Shown: piece after piece, positions 49,883 to 63,719 of the stretch
Numbering within the stretch: position 1 is the first letter of the stretch
Layout: each line of letters starts with the position of its first letter
Source of the DNA: Botryllus schlosseri
Lineage: Eukaryota
Assembly: GCA_051294905.1 (NCBI GenBank)
Contig: CM119371.1
Coordinates: forward strand, 21,082,001-21,146,000
Length of the DNA stretch: 64,000 nucleotides
Direction: 5' to 3'
Translations under genes and position numbers: made by a program
The notes under the pieces: generated by a model
What the model was told of the DNA's origin: nothing
Seen by the model: only the letters and a program-made list of their open reading frames with translations
The model's database searches: none

Positions 49883-50253
49883 TTGGTCTGGTTTATTTCA
49901 CATATATAACAGTAGTGTTTATCGCCTGTTAAGGTCATGTACACCACGACAACGATATTGGTAATGTACAGGTCCTTTACTTTTCGTATTCTTTTCGGAT
50001 GACTCCACACTCGCGCGCTTCCAACTTCAGTCTCTCTCTCTCTTTCATGCATCCGGACTCATCTTTACTGCCGACTTCGTTCTGGCGCGGCTCACCATCA
50101 TACTGGGCTTTTTGAGACACTGCTATTGCACTGAGGTTTGCGATGAGGAGCCCAGATAAACCTCCGACACATAGAAGTTGTCGAACCGGGATTCGAACCA
50201 AAGCCATCGGTGTCGTGACGCTGGCGCTTAACCAACTGCGCCACTCGCTTCCC
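49883..50253 (-). mobile_element. tRNA-derived SINE
   Basis: Minus strand A box AGTGGCGCAGTTGG and B box GGTTCGAATCC; 14-bp TSD CGCTTGTGTCTTAT (49869-49882, 50254-50267). Confidence 0.88.
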
Positions 50254-51988
50254 CGCTTGTGTCTTATATTCTCTGCTTTATTTTTCATTCGGTGTGCACT
50301 GTGCATGGCTCTTCTTTACTTCGCCTAGGCTAGGGTGGGTGTCTTATCTTAAATGCTACTCCAATTTGTTTCGACATCTTCCTATCTTTTCATTGTATCG
50401 CACTATTGTGGTGTTTTGAAACGATGGATATATTAATAAACCTGATCGATTGACAGCATTGGACAAATCAACCGACTCCACTGACATTGTATAGCTAATC
50501 ATATGGGTGCAATTTATCGGAGTGGACATATTTTCAGAGAAATTGCTGGCAGGGCAAATATGGGGACGGGACCAGCGTAAATCATCAACTTGACCAAGCT
50601 GACTTCTGTAACTATTGGTGCGCGACTACAGCAATGGAAGGAAAAGGGGAAGGTTGATTGGTTTGCCTAGAAATGACCCCGAACGCCTGACTTCTTCTCA
50701 TACCACTGAGAGCTCGCAAAGTGATGATAATGGCCTCTGCCACGAAAAAGTTACCGTAATTTTGAACTTTCTCGCTCACGCATTGAAACATACAGCTCGG
50801 TTATATGGTGGAAGGGCTAGTTTAAATGTGCATATACCGAAATGGCAACGAATGCATTGCACGCCCCATTTTGCGCCGCTGGAAGAAACGTATTCTCACA
50901 AAAAACAGGAACCGCAAATTTACGAGCGCTGTCCATTAATGCCTTAGAATGCATAAAAGATGTACTAAATGCCTCTATACGACTGGTAAATAGGCTACAG
51001 TAGCCTAAATTTATTGGTAGCCCATAAATACACTGTAAATCCGCAAGGTCGTATTGAACACTTCATAACACTTTTTTCTGAGTACAGAGACACTTTTTGG
51101 GCATATAAACGCATTGGGCCATTATCGTCGCAACGCTTCTGCGTATTTCTCCGTTTATATGTAACACTTCGCCACTGGACCTTATTTTCAAGAAAATTTA
51201 TACTTTGTAATTTATCATCAATTTCGCATTCATAAAGTATCGGTGGGATTGGAGATCACAAAAAATCATGGTATATGTATAATAATGTTATTCAACTGAC
51301 CAAACCACTAAGTTGAAGGGTAATATTACAATAAAATATACATATTTCCCTGTGATGCAGAGGGGTCACCACCTTCGTTACGGTAGAGCGCGCTGGATTT
51401 CAGTTTCGAATTTGAATTGGTGGCTCGTCAGGCTTCAAGCAGAGAGTAGGGTACACTAAAAGACTTGGCAGAATGGATATATTAAAGCAGTTTCTGCTAC
51501 CTGGTGGCGTAAAGGATCATAACGTCCATGTACTGTAAGGTATGGAAATGCGGTAAATGTTATTGAATATATGTAATGTGAGAATAGTCATAAAATGAAC
51601 TCGTTTTGACATTGTGCACAGTAAGGTCGTTTGTTTTAAATGTTTTAGTAGGCTACTGATATCCCTTATTCATATGAATGTTCTTTAGATGCTTTGTAGT
51701 ATATGATTCGTCTGATCTTATTGCTGGAGGATCGAGCTTCGAATTTGATAATATACCAGGCTGCGACCAGGTACAAGGTACTGATGGGAAGCTGCTATCG
51801 AACTAACTTTTTTGATATATAGATAAAGGGATGCTCTCTCCATCCACACTGAAATAACCCTATGTAGGCGATATTGTGGTCCATTGTGGACAAGTACTGC
51901 AATATCAGCAATTGAATACCGGTATGACAGTCATGCAACGGTTTTGATTGTTTTTCAACTGCAACACATTTTACACTGTACTGCTTAC

Positions 51989-52829
51989 TGAAGCGATTTT
52001 TTGACATGTCAAAATAGGTCAAAATTTTGTCAAAATTGTACCGTCTGGTGAAAAATTGCCGAAATTGTTTACAAAATCAAAATGTTTTTGGCAAACTTGC
52101 ATTTCATTTCTATCATAGATGATTGCACTGTCGGTGAACTTATCATTTTATAATTTACATCTTGTAGCCTACTTTATAGTCCTACCGTTGTAGACGGACC
52201 ATCGTCTGCTCATTGTGAATCATAGACTGTCAAATGAAGCAAATGCTCAACGTAGCCTACTGTACTATCCTAACTAAAGCAACACTGCGTGAGCATTGGT
52301 TCTTCCATTAGAAACTGTATGATGAAAAATTGCGATGTAGACAACCTTGTCATAATGAGAGAGAGGGCAGTGTACTCACAACTTCAGCGTAGCCGGCCAA
52401 CAACTGCCGCTGGTGAACGTTCTTTCTTCATTCTTGCCAAGCTACTTGGTTAGGACAGACACTTTCTACCCGAAAATGTTGGAAAGTATCTTTCGTTGTA
52501 CTACACCAAAGTTTTAATTATTTCTACCATAATACGAGATGTAACTAATACTAAAATTCTCCACGGGTCCAGATTTCGATAAAATAAGGTTTTTTCATGT
52601 AAAAATTTGTCAGTTTTCATGCTATAAGATTTTTTCAGGTCAAACTACTTCGAAAGAACAGACAGCTCCATCCAGAAATAAAGATAAGTACCGGTAATAC
52701 AATTCTAACATTATGTGAGAAACACCTAATTTAAGTACGTGGGTCAAAATTAAGTTTTTCATCATCAAAATATGTGTGAATTTGGATTTTTAGTCAAATT
52801 TCCCTTTTTAGGTCCAAAAAATCGCCCTA
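51989..52829 (+). mobile_element. Older copy of the hAT family seen at 19630-20506
   Basis: Collinear similarity over ~840 bp; right TIR ...AAAAAATCGCCCTA; remnant AAGERSFFILAKLLG*DRHFLPENVGKYLSLYY; left TIR decayed, no TSD. Confidence 0.85.
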
Positions 52830-52964
52830 ATAATAGCACAGCAAAACAAACAATCTTTTCAACAAACCATGGATCACAAGGGGTAGTATTTGTTTCGCCC
52901 AATCCGTAAATTTGACTTTTCTGAGTTTATATTATGATACGGTAACTGAACTAAACTCTATGTC

Positions 52965-55938
52965 GCAGGTAGTATGTATTGAAATTGGCACCTTTTTGAA
53001 ATGCATTTGCTGTATGGAATCCTGGTAAGCATCACAGTGATTTGTAAGTGAACTGTAGAGAATGAATTTGATTCTGTTTGCATTCGGTTATCTTCGTGAT
53101 AATGATTTTTATGAGTGTCTGCTGATAAAATTTCACTAAATTTGTTAACAATCCAGGAAGTATACTACCTGTACCAGAGTAAATTGGTGGTAACGTCATG
53201 TGCAACTTTCCATTCCATTACCTAATTATTCTATGAAAGACACCCTTCAGTCATGCACAACTTATTGCAGAAAATAACAACTGTATCCAGTATGATATCT
53301 GCGGGAGAGAGAGAGAGAGAGAGTCTTTACTGAGTAGTTCATTTGTATTGCGAATTTTCGCAACAAATATTTTTTTTTCAATAGTCTTGGATTGATCCTC
53401 AAATTCGTCCAACTGATGTCTACTCTTTAAAAAGAGCCCCCTGGGTCTACCGTGCCTGCGCTATCAGACAATGTTGACAGTGACGTGAGGAGTCGTTCGT
53501 AACGGGTTTTGTGCCAGCACAGTCATCTTATGCGATGCATAGACCTTCTCAAGAACCCATGGATACATGTGATTATGTAAGCCTATTTCTTCATTTTATA
53601 TATCACCATTGATTATGTAATTTGCTGGTTTTTGCAGTCCTACTTTTCTCCCGAACTATCTCGCAGAGTAGCTGACGGACTATTCGATATGAGCTGAAAA
53701 AGGCTTCATCTGTGTACACTGTACAGTGTACAGTGAACTGTATACTCTGAACACTGAACAGAGATGTAGTTGAAAGTAATGAGCTCGTGTAACTTGTACT
53801 TTAACTATTGCTTACTGAACTAGAATGGACTAGGTCAGTGGTTCTCAACCTCGGGGCTGAGCACCTCTCCTGCGCTTCTGTAACCTGCCTGTGTGAAATA
53901 TTTATATTTACTTGTGCATAAAATTTACAATTTTCCTTTGGTATTTATTGTATTTTCTAGGAGCAGCAATTGGATTTGACCAGTACAGAAAAAGAGCCGC
54001 CATGGCATGCCACGAATCAGGGACTCATCAAGCCTGGGTTGCGACTGATGGAAAGAATATGAAAAATGCCCTAAAGTGCAGGTAGTATGTATTGCAATTG
54101 GCACCTTTTTGAAATAGATTTGTTGTTTGAAATACTGGTAAGCATCGCCATGTTTCGTAAGTAAACTGGTATATGCTTAGATAATGAATTTGATTCAGCT
54201 GCATTCGGTTATTTTTATGAATGTTTGCTGGTAAAATTTCACTAAAAGGATTAACAATCCAGGAAAATATGGTACTCGGGCTGGAGTAAAATTGGTGTTA
54301 AGGTCACATGCAACTTTCCATTACAATAATTAATTGTTCTATGAAAGACAAGTCACATACAATACATCCAGTCTGATATCTGCGTAAATACTGAATGCTG
54401 GTAACGTCATATTTTGTGATAATATTGCTGATGTACAAAGTTCTTTAGAGTTCTCCACTAGTTGCTGACGATTACCCCTGACTAGTCTCAGCCGAAAATA
54501 TTCGGGCTCATTTCAATATGCATATACTATTCAATTTTATATTGAAGTTTTGTACCTCGAAGAAGCTGTTCGAATATTGAATAGTTCCCTTGTATTGCAA
54601 ATTTTTAAAACAAGTATTTTCTTTTCAACAGTCTTAGATTGATCCTCAAATTCATCCAACTGATGTCGACTCTTCGAAAAGACCCCCTGGTTTCACCGTG
54701 CCTCTGCTAACAGACAATGTTGATAGTGACGTGAGCAGTCATCTGAACGGATTTTGTACCGGTGCAGTCATCTTTCGTGATACATACTTTTGCCTCAAGA
54801 ACCCATGGAAACATGTGATTATGTAAGTCTATTTATTCATTTCATATATCACCATTGATTATGTAATGTGCTAGTTTTTGCAGTCCCAATTTTCTCAAAA
54901 ACTATCTATATATGCTATATGAGCTGAAGAGAGGCTTGATCTGTGTACATTGAACAGAGGTGTTGTTGAATGTAAAGAGCTGATGTAACTTGTATTTAAA
55001 CTACTTCCTACTGAACTATACTTGGAACATCAAATGGAGATCATTTCCCATGTCGTGCTAATTCCAATTAATTTTGTTAGTTAAATTTAATCAGGAATGA
55101 AGGATTTTGAAAGATTGAGAACAGTTACAATTACTGCAATGAAGAAAAAGTATTCAACACCTTCGATAAGATGTCACCAAGGTTTTGTACTAAAGACAAT
55201 CAATGTGTCCTTTGTCTGGTATATTTTCTCGTCTCAATTCAAAGCAGCTATAAAATCTTGGAATCAAAGTTATATGTAAAGCCTACCGTATGTCAATTAT
55301 AATAATGGAAAACCGAACCCATAGGGATAACAATTCTACTACATTTATTGTCGGATCTTGTTTGCAATCAATTACATTTTCAGCGAAACGAGGTTGATGA
55401 AGTCAACTGTCTTCTTCTCAAAGCCAAATTGAGAGACAAACGAATATAATCCAAGACCCAAGCGCATGTCTTATTGAAACAGGTACCGTAATCTTTCTTT
55501 TTTGTGGACCATACAAATTTACATAGACCTGCGACGTTCTGCTATAACTGTCATTCTGAGTTACAGTTCTGCATTCTCAGTGTTGCCTGTGCGTCTGAAT
55601 GTCAATGTAAATGTCAAAGTGGCCGAATTGAAAAAAACGCAGACCTGATTCAAGATGTTTTTATTAGTCGTTATGCTAATTTTAGTCCTTCTCAGTGATA
55701 GGATTTTACATGTATCCGAGCGCCTTTCCTAAGCTAGTGTAACCTGCATGTGTGAAATCTTTATATTTATTTCTGCATAAAATTTAGAATTTTCATTGAC
55801 ATATTCAAAACTTTGGAATTTAATCACATTTTCAAGGAGCACAACTTGGAGTCGACCAGTAGAAAAGAAACAAACGCCATGGCACGCCACGAATCAGAGA
55901 TTGACCGAGCCTGGATTGCAGCTGATGGCAAGAATATA
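52965..55938 (+). repeat. Old tandem duplication inside the CACTA element
   Basis: 52965 to ~53821 matches 54078 to ~55018, and ~53878-54062 matches ~55738-55938, with indels. Confidence 0.85.
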
Positions 55939-56020
55939 AAACTGCTTCAGTGAAAATGGAGTATTCAGAAACATTCTTGACGTTTTGAGCTGCTACGCAT
56001 TGGATTGTCATACCCTAAAG

Positions 56021-56312
56021 GAGTGGTTCTTAAACAGGAGAAAACATTTGAAGCGACGTGAAGCCGCTGTCAACTAAAATCTTTTTCGCACATGCATGCA
56101 TGGCAGCTTGTAGTTATTTCTCTGTGTATGGTCAGAATTTAATATTTGAATATTCTCTCATCAACAACCATTACCGTCACTGCCATCCAACTATCCGTTG
56201 GGATTTACAGCGTTCTGGTTGCTTTTTTTAATTTTATTATACGACAACAAGAAGTGTGTGAAATGTTTTGCTGCCATATCGGAGCGTGTTCAAAAATGTT
56301 TAAGAACCACTG
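56021..56312. mobile_element. hAT-Charlie MITE
   Basis: TIRs (G/C)AGTGGTTCTTAAACA; TSD CCCTAAAG/CCCTAATG (7/8). Confidence 0.8.
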
Positions 56313-59300
56313 CCCTAATGACTTCAATATTTCATATTTTGCAGCAGACTGGTAAATAACAACAAAATCTTTTTCTATAAATCTGCAAAATTTGTATGGA
56401 CTCAAAGAAACTATTTCTTTGTTATTTGAATAAAAGTGATTGGCATTAAGCTGATATAAATACTTCTAATGCAAGCCCTAGGATATTTTTAGCAACCCCA
56501 ATTTCATTAAGAGTGAAAAAATACTTATGGTTGTTTATCGTGGTAGTGGTAGTGATACTGATACATTCATTGTTTGTTAGTTTACAATAAAATTAGAAAT
56601 TTACAAGCCGTAATTTGATCAGTTTTAAATAAGTTGTAATGATTTGTGTTGATCATGTTTTCCGCTAACGGACGTAACCAATTAATTTGATTACATGCCC
56701 CTGTCACGAAAGTTTAGGATACTAAATGATATTATGTTATCACTATCCCTAATTCCCTATGCATTCATTTTCATCATTGAGCGATTTGCATGATATTTGT
56801 AGTGAGTTTGCTCTTAATCATTTGTGATGTTCGTGATTTCATCGACTCTTCTGGGAACGGTTTCAACTGCTGATCTGAATTTATCAAACCCTGTCACAGC
56901 AGCTATTGGAAATTTCAATGTTTGCACGTATTTAATCACCCAGGTTGGGTATTATAAGCGTCATTTATTCATGAATCAATAAAATCTGATTTTACTTTGA
57001 GCCCTGCGTTCCGGTGACTAGTCAACCAGCCACTTTGAGACTGAACACTTTTTAGGTAAACACCTTAAATTTGAACACTTCGCAACACTTCTAGGCGTTC
57101 AATTTTTGGATCACGTTTCGTGTTCAATTTTCCGGGCTGAGCAACACTTCAAAATTTACAGTGTAGTCTGCTGTTCACAGTCGCAACAAGAATCACAAGT
57201 ATACACATTTACACATTCGTTTATTACTCTGAAATAAAACTCTTCACAAAAGCACGCACAATCGTATCATTAACTTTTTTATCATCCCCAAAATTATTCA
57301 AGTATTCCTTGGCTGAAAATCTACCACGGAGCCGGCGTAGACGGTGACTCGAATACCAACAATAGCCGCGTTCACAAACTAACACTCCAAAAAGGTGTGA
57401 AATATTCTCTACAAGCGCTCACAAGATAACACATAAGAATAGCCATCTCTCGTGGTTTGATGTTACAAAGGTAGGAATTACGCACAAGTAATATTTTGAT
57501 AATTAGTTTGCCACAGAGCCGGCGTAGACGGCGATTCGAATATCAACAATAGCCGCGTTCACAAACCAACACTTCAAAAAACGTGTGAAATAGGTTACAA
57601 ATCCCACGATCGCTCACAAGATAACACCAAAGACATAGCCATTTCTCGCGTCTTGTCATTACATACATCCCAATCGCTACAGTGTAATATGTCGGCGGTT
57701 GTTACTATCAAGTAATAAGTAATGAATAACAGTACCAGCGCAGACCGTGATTCGAAAACCAACAATTTGACACTTGCACGCGATCGCTATATGTTTTGAC
57801 ACTTTGGAACAGTCGTTGACTTTGCGTGATAAGAATCATGCGAATATTCAAGCAATGCATCAATTTGACAACTTGAAATGAAACTTGCTACACAGCTCAA
57901 GTTGATTCGTATCTGAATGTGTTAATTCGGTACAATTCTAATTTGAGAAATCTTTTTAACGTGATCTTTTGATTCGACCGTAACCTGAATATTACTGACG
58001 CCGACTTTCAGTCACATTGAATTATTCACACATTCGCGCTGCTGTTTTCACACCTATAGAATCAATACCAACTATAACTCTACAAGAATCAAGAATCACA
58101 AGTATGTGCATTATACAGTTATTGTCTTTGTCAACTTGAAATCCAACTCTTAATACAAACACGCATCTTATCACTTGTCAACTCTATCATGAAAATCCTC
58201 GAACCTGTATTATTAAGAATGTTATAGTACGGCGTCGGAATCCGTTCGCGGGATGTACTAAAGGTAAATTCAGATAATCCAAAATGAAATATTAGGACTT
58301 TGACATAATCTGAATTGAAATAGATTGACAAACATAACTACCAACTTTCACCCAGTCACATTTCGAAATTATACGCATATTGATTTGAAACAAGTAATGA
58401 AATATTACAACTATATTCGCGATCGGACTTTCCGTTTGGCAAAGATAGTTTCAGAAATATTATCACTATGACATCTCAACATTTTAACATCTTACCATAC
58501 ACAAAAGAGTAAAATACAAAAACCTTGTCAAGTCAATCCGTTTGTAACTCACCGAACCAAAGCAAAAAGTGTCCATACGAAAAGTAGGCAAGACTATCCA
58601 AGTAATTACTACAACCCACAAACATATCAAGTTCGGTTTTAGGCATATACCACCAACTCGTCTTTTTTTTTTGTTCAACTGTAAAAGTCGTTACTATGCC
58701 GCAAGACAAAGAAATTACTATGCGGTATATTTTGTAAGACAAAAGTAATTACTTCTCGATGTCGGCGACTTGAGATTAACATAATATATTTGAGTATACG
58801 ACATTTGAAAGTATGACCATCGTAGTTTCTTACAATCGAACGCAGGTGTTGTATCGAAAATTATCGTGATGTAAACATAAGGATTGTCACATCGATTTAA
58901 CATATGAGATTTTGTAATGGTCTATCATGACTTGATTATTAAATTATTCGCGTTAATTAGACCCGGCGTTGTGGTAAAGGTTATTATGACAGCAACAAAC
59001 TTTTCAGTGCCGTTGTTATTAACATATTGAGTTGTAAAACTATGCGTGTCTGAAATGTCCTTGAATGGAAAATTATTCCACCTTGGTACATATCACCCTG
59101 CGTATCGCGGATATCAGAAAATATTTTACAAATGTATTTGTCTCCACTAACCAAGACTAAAGATGAAACAACAATTTCCTTTGTTAAACAATAACCGGTA
59201 CAATACTTTATCATCATAATCAGCAGTGAGAATTGAAACACTTTCGCACATTATCCGGTGTCAAGATATCACACTAGGTGAATTGACATACCGCCGCTTG

Positions 59301-62300
59301 ATTAATACCTAATCCATTCGCACCCTTTCACATACTTTGATCATTACAAAAGTAAATTGGAATATGTTTGCTAGATGCATTCAATTCAGTTAGAAATGTC
59401 TGGTACACAACAATCGTGATATCAAGGAAGTACTTGCTACGCTGTAATTCACTTAACGTGTTTTGTATTGTTGTTCATTTGTAGTATTGATTGTTTTTGA
59501 ACCCCCAAATAATAATTCCCGACATGAAACCAAACCGCTGAAAGTCGTTACCATCACAACGAAACAATTTGTACGATGTTTGTCAAATGCATCCTATAGT
59601 TAGGTGTACTAGAATTATTTGTGTAACACATACGCCGACAATGCAATCGAAAATTTTTCCGTTGTCATTCGCTAAAGTAAATGTCATCACAATACTCATC
59701 AAGCTGTCATCTGTAAATCAAGATTACATCCAACTTGTAACTGTATCGTTTAACTACCGGGTTGCATCAGTTTGCTATTTTTGTCATTTAGTGACTGCTG
59801 AACATACCAAACGATACACATTCACTTACGAAATACTGTGTTGGTCGTAATTTCCATCATCGTGATAATCGAAGTACATTTGTTTCGAATTCGTAACAGC
59901 CGACTATGCCACGACGATTTTTGGAAAAGTTATGCTTGGAAGATTGGTTGTATATCACGAAAAATAATTACCACTCATATTGATACTGTTACTCCATTGA
60001 CCGGTATTTTCAAACGAGTAAAATTTATTACTTGAGTTACTCCGCTTACTATATTCAAATGTAAACACAGCTGTCTTTCAACATCACAAAGACATCGATA
60101 TAAAGTATACAATCAAACGCAACAAGTTTTACTTTTGTAGGACACTAATTATTATTCCACGCATCTCATTTCATACTAAGTGTATATGAAAGATGTTCAT
60201 GGTACACGAATATATTCGCTCATGCTACGAACATACGCAATGATTGGTGACGCTTTCACACTATTTCGATTTAGTGTAACAAAAACAACAACAACAATTT
60301 TCACTCTCTTGACTTACGAAAACAACAGACGAACCTTCATTCAATATTTTGTTTTTGTCAACAAGTTACTTTTTTCATGAGACCCCCACTACTCTTACAA
60401 AAGTACGAAAGATATTTACATCACACAAAGTAATCAACTTTACTCGATATTCTCACATTACGAAACTAAAGAATGGTTGGTTTGACTCTACAAACTGTTT
60501 CGTTACCTCAAGACCTTTATTGTCTGAATGGTTGTTCATGTGTCTTAAGAACCGAATAGTTCAACACAGCACTAGTACCAACAGAAACATCAGAGTTGTT
60601 TACACAAAAGTTTGTATGTGTACAGTATGCGAATACCATGTGTAAGTCCAGCACAATTGCGGTATCCATCCGAGTTTAGTTAACACAAATTTATTACAAC
60701 GGAGCCACGTAAACTTTCGTGAAAGAAAAGCATACTCACTTCCAGAGGGTTATTTCAACGCCATAGCAGTACTCCAACAACAAAGTACACATGTTTTCTA
60801 GTCACCGTCCTTACATATTTCACATAGATCAATCTACTTTGCTAACGAAAAGTGCTGAGTCACCACATGATTACCCTCACAACAAAACAGCTAGAAGATA
60901 TTATCATACAAAAATATTCCTAACCCTTTGCGCACCAGTGACAAATCATATAACAAACATTTTTTGTGAGGTGAATTGTTGTTCAGTGTCAAGTCTACCT
61001 GTTGAAACGTACATTAAAACAACGCAGTCACAATTCAATTAAAACCACGAATCTATTTTCATTTCGTCACATACAGAAAAATAAATTTTAATTTCCCAAA
61101 ACATACTTGTAGTCAAGAAATATTTTTATTAATCAAAATCATCGACTTCTGTTTACGGTGTTAGTGTGTGCATGTCATACACGTGGGGACCGTATTAAAA
61201 TGGACACGACACGACTGAATGTAAGGAGATAGAAGTCCATCGCATAGATTTACATGTGGTCTTCGCTACGGTTTCAAAAAACGAATCATCTCTTTTGCGT
61301 TGATCTAGACCGAGCAAGTTAGTTAATGGCCATGATTGTGTTTGTCATATGCGAATGATAGGGTTACTGTCAAATCTACATACAACATCCTTCTGGTACT
61401 CAAAATAAAAATTTCATTCTCTCCCTTCGTAGTCATATACCGCCAACTCGGCTTTTTTGTTCATCGACAGCGGCGTTTAACAAGACCAACGACACTGAAC
61501 CCACGACGTTTACCTATGTAAAATTACCACTTTCACTTGACAGTCCGTCGTTTACCTGGCTAAACATATCATTTTCCTTTGGAGATCTGATGTTTACCCA
61601 GAGTAACAAACCCCTTTTCCTTTGGAAATCAATTTTTTCCCTGGATAACAAACCTTTTTCACTTGGAAATATATTTTTTCTCTGGGTAACAAACCTTTTT
61701 CACTTGGAAATATATTTTTTTCTCTGGTTAACAAACCTTTTTCACTTGGAAATATATTTTTTCTCTGGGCAACAAACCTTTTTCCCCGGGTAACAAACCT
61801 TTTTCCCTGAGCAACAAGCCATTTTCACTTGGTGGGTCGTCGTTTACCTGAGTAAAAATATCATTTTCCTTTGGAGATCTGGCGTTTACCCAGTGTAACA
61901 ATACATTTTCTCTTGGTCATCTAGCTTTTCCTAGAGTAACTAATCATTTCTCCTGGGTAACAAACCCTTTTCGTCTGGAAAACTATCATTTACCCGAGTA
62001 CCAATACCGTTTTCACTTGGAAATCTATCTTTTCCCTGGGTAACAATATCATTTTCGTTTTGAAAACTGACAACCACACCGGACAATTTGATATTTTTGT
62101 ATATTGTTACAACGGGTAGTGACAAAATATACACCAACAACGACTCCGATACATTTGTCTAATCAAATATTCACTTGCTCTGATGCATCCCATCAAAATC
62201 ATTGGTTACTCACATACAATAACAATGTGCTGTTGTACATCGACATGTATGTTTTCGGAATTGGCGAATAAAGGGGTTTCCGATATGTCTGTGATGTCCG

Positions 62301-63443
62301 GGTTCGTGCTTTGGATTTTCCAGAGTCAAAATGTCTGAATAAAACACCTCCTTGACTTTGGTAACTGGTTGATACACGGATAATGGTGTTCGGAAAACGG
62401 ATGAATTTATGTTCCCCATCGCGCTAATAACTCCGGGTTACTTGTGAGTTTCCTCAGGTCTGTTTACTATATTGTGTCTTTACTGGTCAATACATGTCGC
62501 TCCAGTCAGCTGCAACCGGATCACTAATATGAGAAAGTGTGTGGGCCTGATCCGGATATTCACTCATGAACCAACGACCAATATTCAAGTAAACATGTTA
62601 CAGACCGTGTTTTGTCTCCATGAAAAATACCAATGCATACACCATCACATCAAGTACTTCACGATTGTTCACAAGTATTCGCGTAAACGAGGTGTACATA
62701 CAATGTGTCGGTGTACAAACATCATGGAAAACAAATTCATGTTCTCAAGTATCATCATGCGACGACTCTGTACATTCAATGTGGGCATAGATGACTTGGG
62801 GACAGACAAGCAGCCATATTTGGACGTAACACGATCTTAGTATGAGCCGCCTCAACCCAACTTGTGAAAAATGAATCTCACACGAGTACAACCCTTTCAC
62901 TGGTTCACACCTTGATTTTGCAAGATTTTTCGGATTCTCATGTAGACTTGCATCGTGATCCAGACCTCGACTTAATCGGGTTGCGTAACTCGCTCAACCC
63001 CTGCGTATCGTTGGTCATAACCTGCTAACTTTTTCGCTGAGACCGCAGTGTTTCACCTGGTTTTATGTATTTGGTGATTACCATCGTTATCAATCTTTCA
63101 CGCGATGAATATGTCGGATGTCGCTACTCCCACATAACGACTCCAGCTAAACATCGTGAGCAGTGACTCCGGATTGAAATCGTAAACAGGGACTCTGTGT
63201 GTGTGTGTGAATCTCGAGTTCGATTACGATTAGATAATGTAATCCAGGGTGTGTCTCTGCGAGCTGAAGGCGGATTTCGTGTTAATCACACCGCAAGAGG
63301 GTGCTATCTCGTAACTCGACAGGTCAACATAAATCGCGGTTGGAAACTTTTGGTCTAGTTGATCCAGCTACGTATTGAAACGTTGTACCCACACAGCCCA
63401 TTGAGAAAACGTTGTCGTTACCTGACCATATCCACGAGTAAAT

Positions 63444-63719
63444 ATGGGACTACGCGTAACTGTCCATAGATTCCTCTGGCCCCACACCGTGGTTTTACGA
63501 CACAGACAAGATGCAGCGGTGGAAATATTGAAAATGAAAAACGATACCTTGGTGACATTTGATTTGGATTTTACACCTGATGAACCATACACTCGATTGG
63601 TACATTGGGATGACAACTCTATCGTCGAGGTCAAGGGAAAAGAAATGTACAGATTTGTTGGTGTTGTGGATATTCAGCGAAAATCAGGGTATATGGTTGT
63701 GTATGGTTCGCATATTTGA
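63444..63719 (+). CDS. Small hypothetical protein (91 aa) in the loop of copy B
   Basis: ATG in AAATATGG context, globular-looking composition, tightly abutting the next ORF. No homologue recognised. Confidence 0.4.
   Translation: MGLRVTVHRFLWPHTVVLRHRQDAAVEILKMKNDTLVTFDLDFTPDEPYTRLVHWDDNSIVEVKGKEMYRFVGVVDIQRKSGYMVVYGSHI

Larger units (their letters stand above)
51031..57163 (+). mobile_element. Non-autonomous CACTA/EnSpm-type transposon with decayed exons and nested insertions
   Basis: TA|CACTGTAAAT ... ATTTACAGTG|TA termini; AACACTT subterminal repeats at both ends; decayed AG...GTAAG exons and an AWIAADGKNIKLL...LSYP remnant at ~55880-56020. Confidence 0.85.

Noticed and set aside
50175..50253. 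Functional tRNA gene (likewise 43787-43862 and 44820-44865)
   Set aside because: A and B boxes are present but acceptor and anticodon stems are poor and each continues into a SINE-like body, two of them with TSDs.
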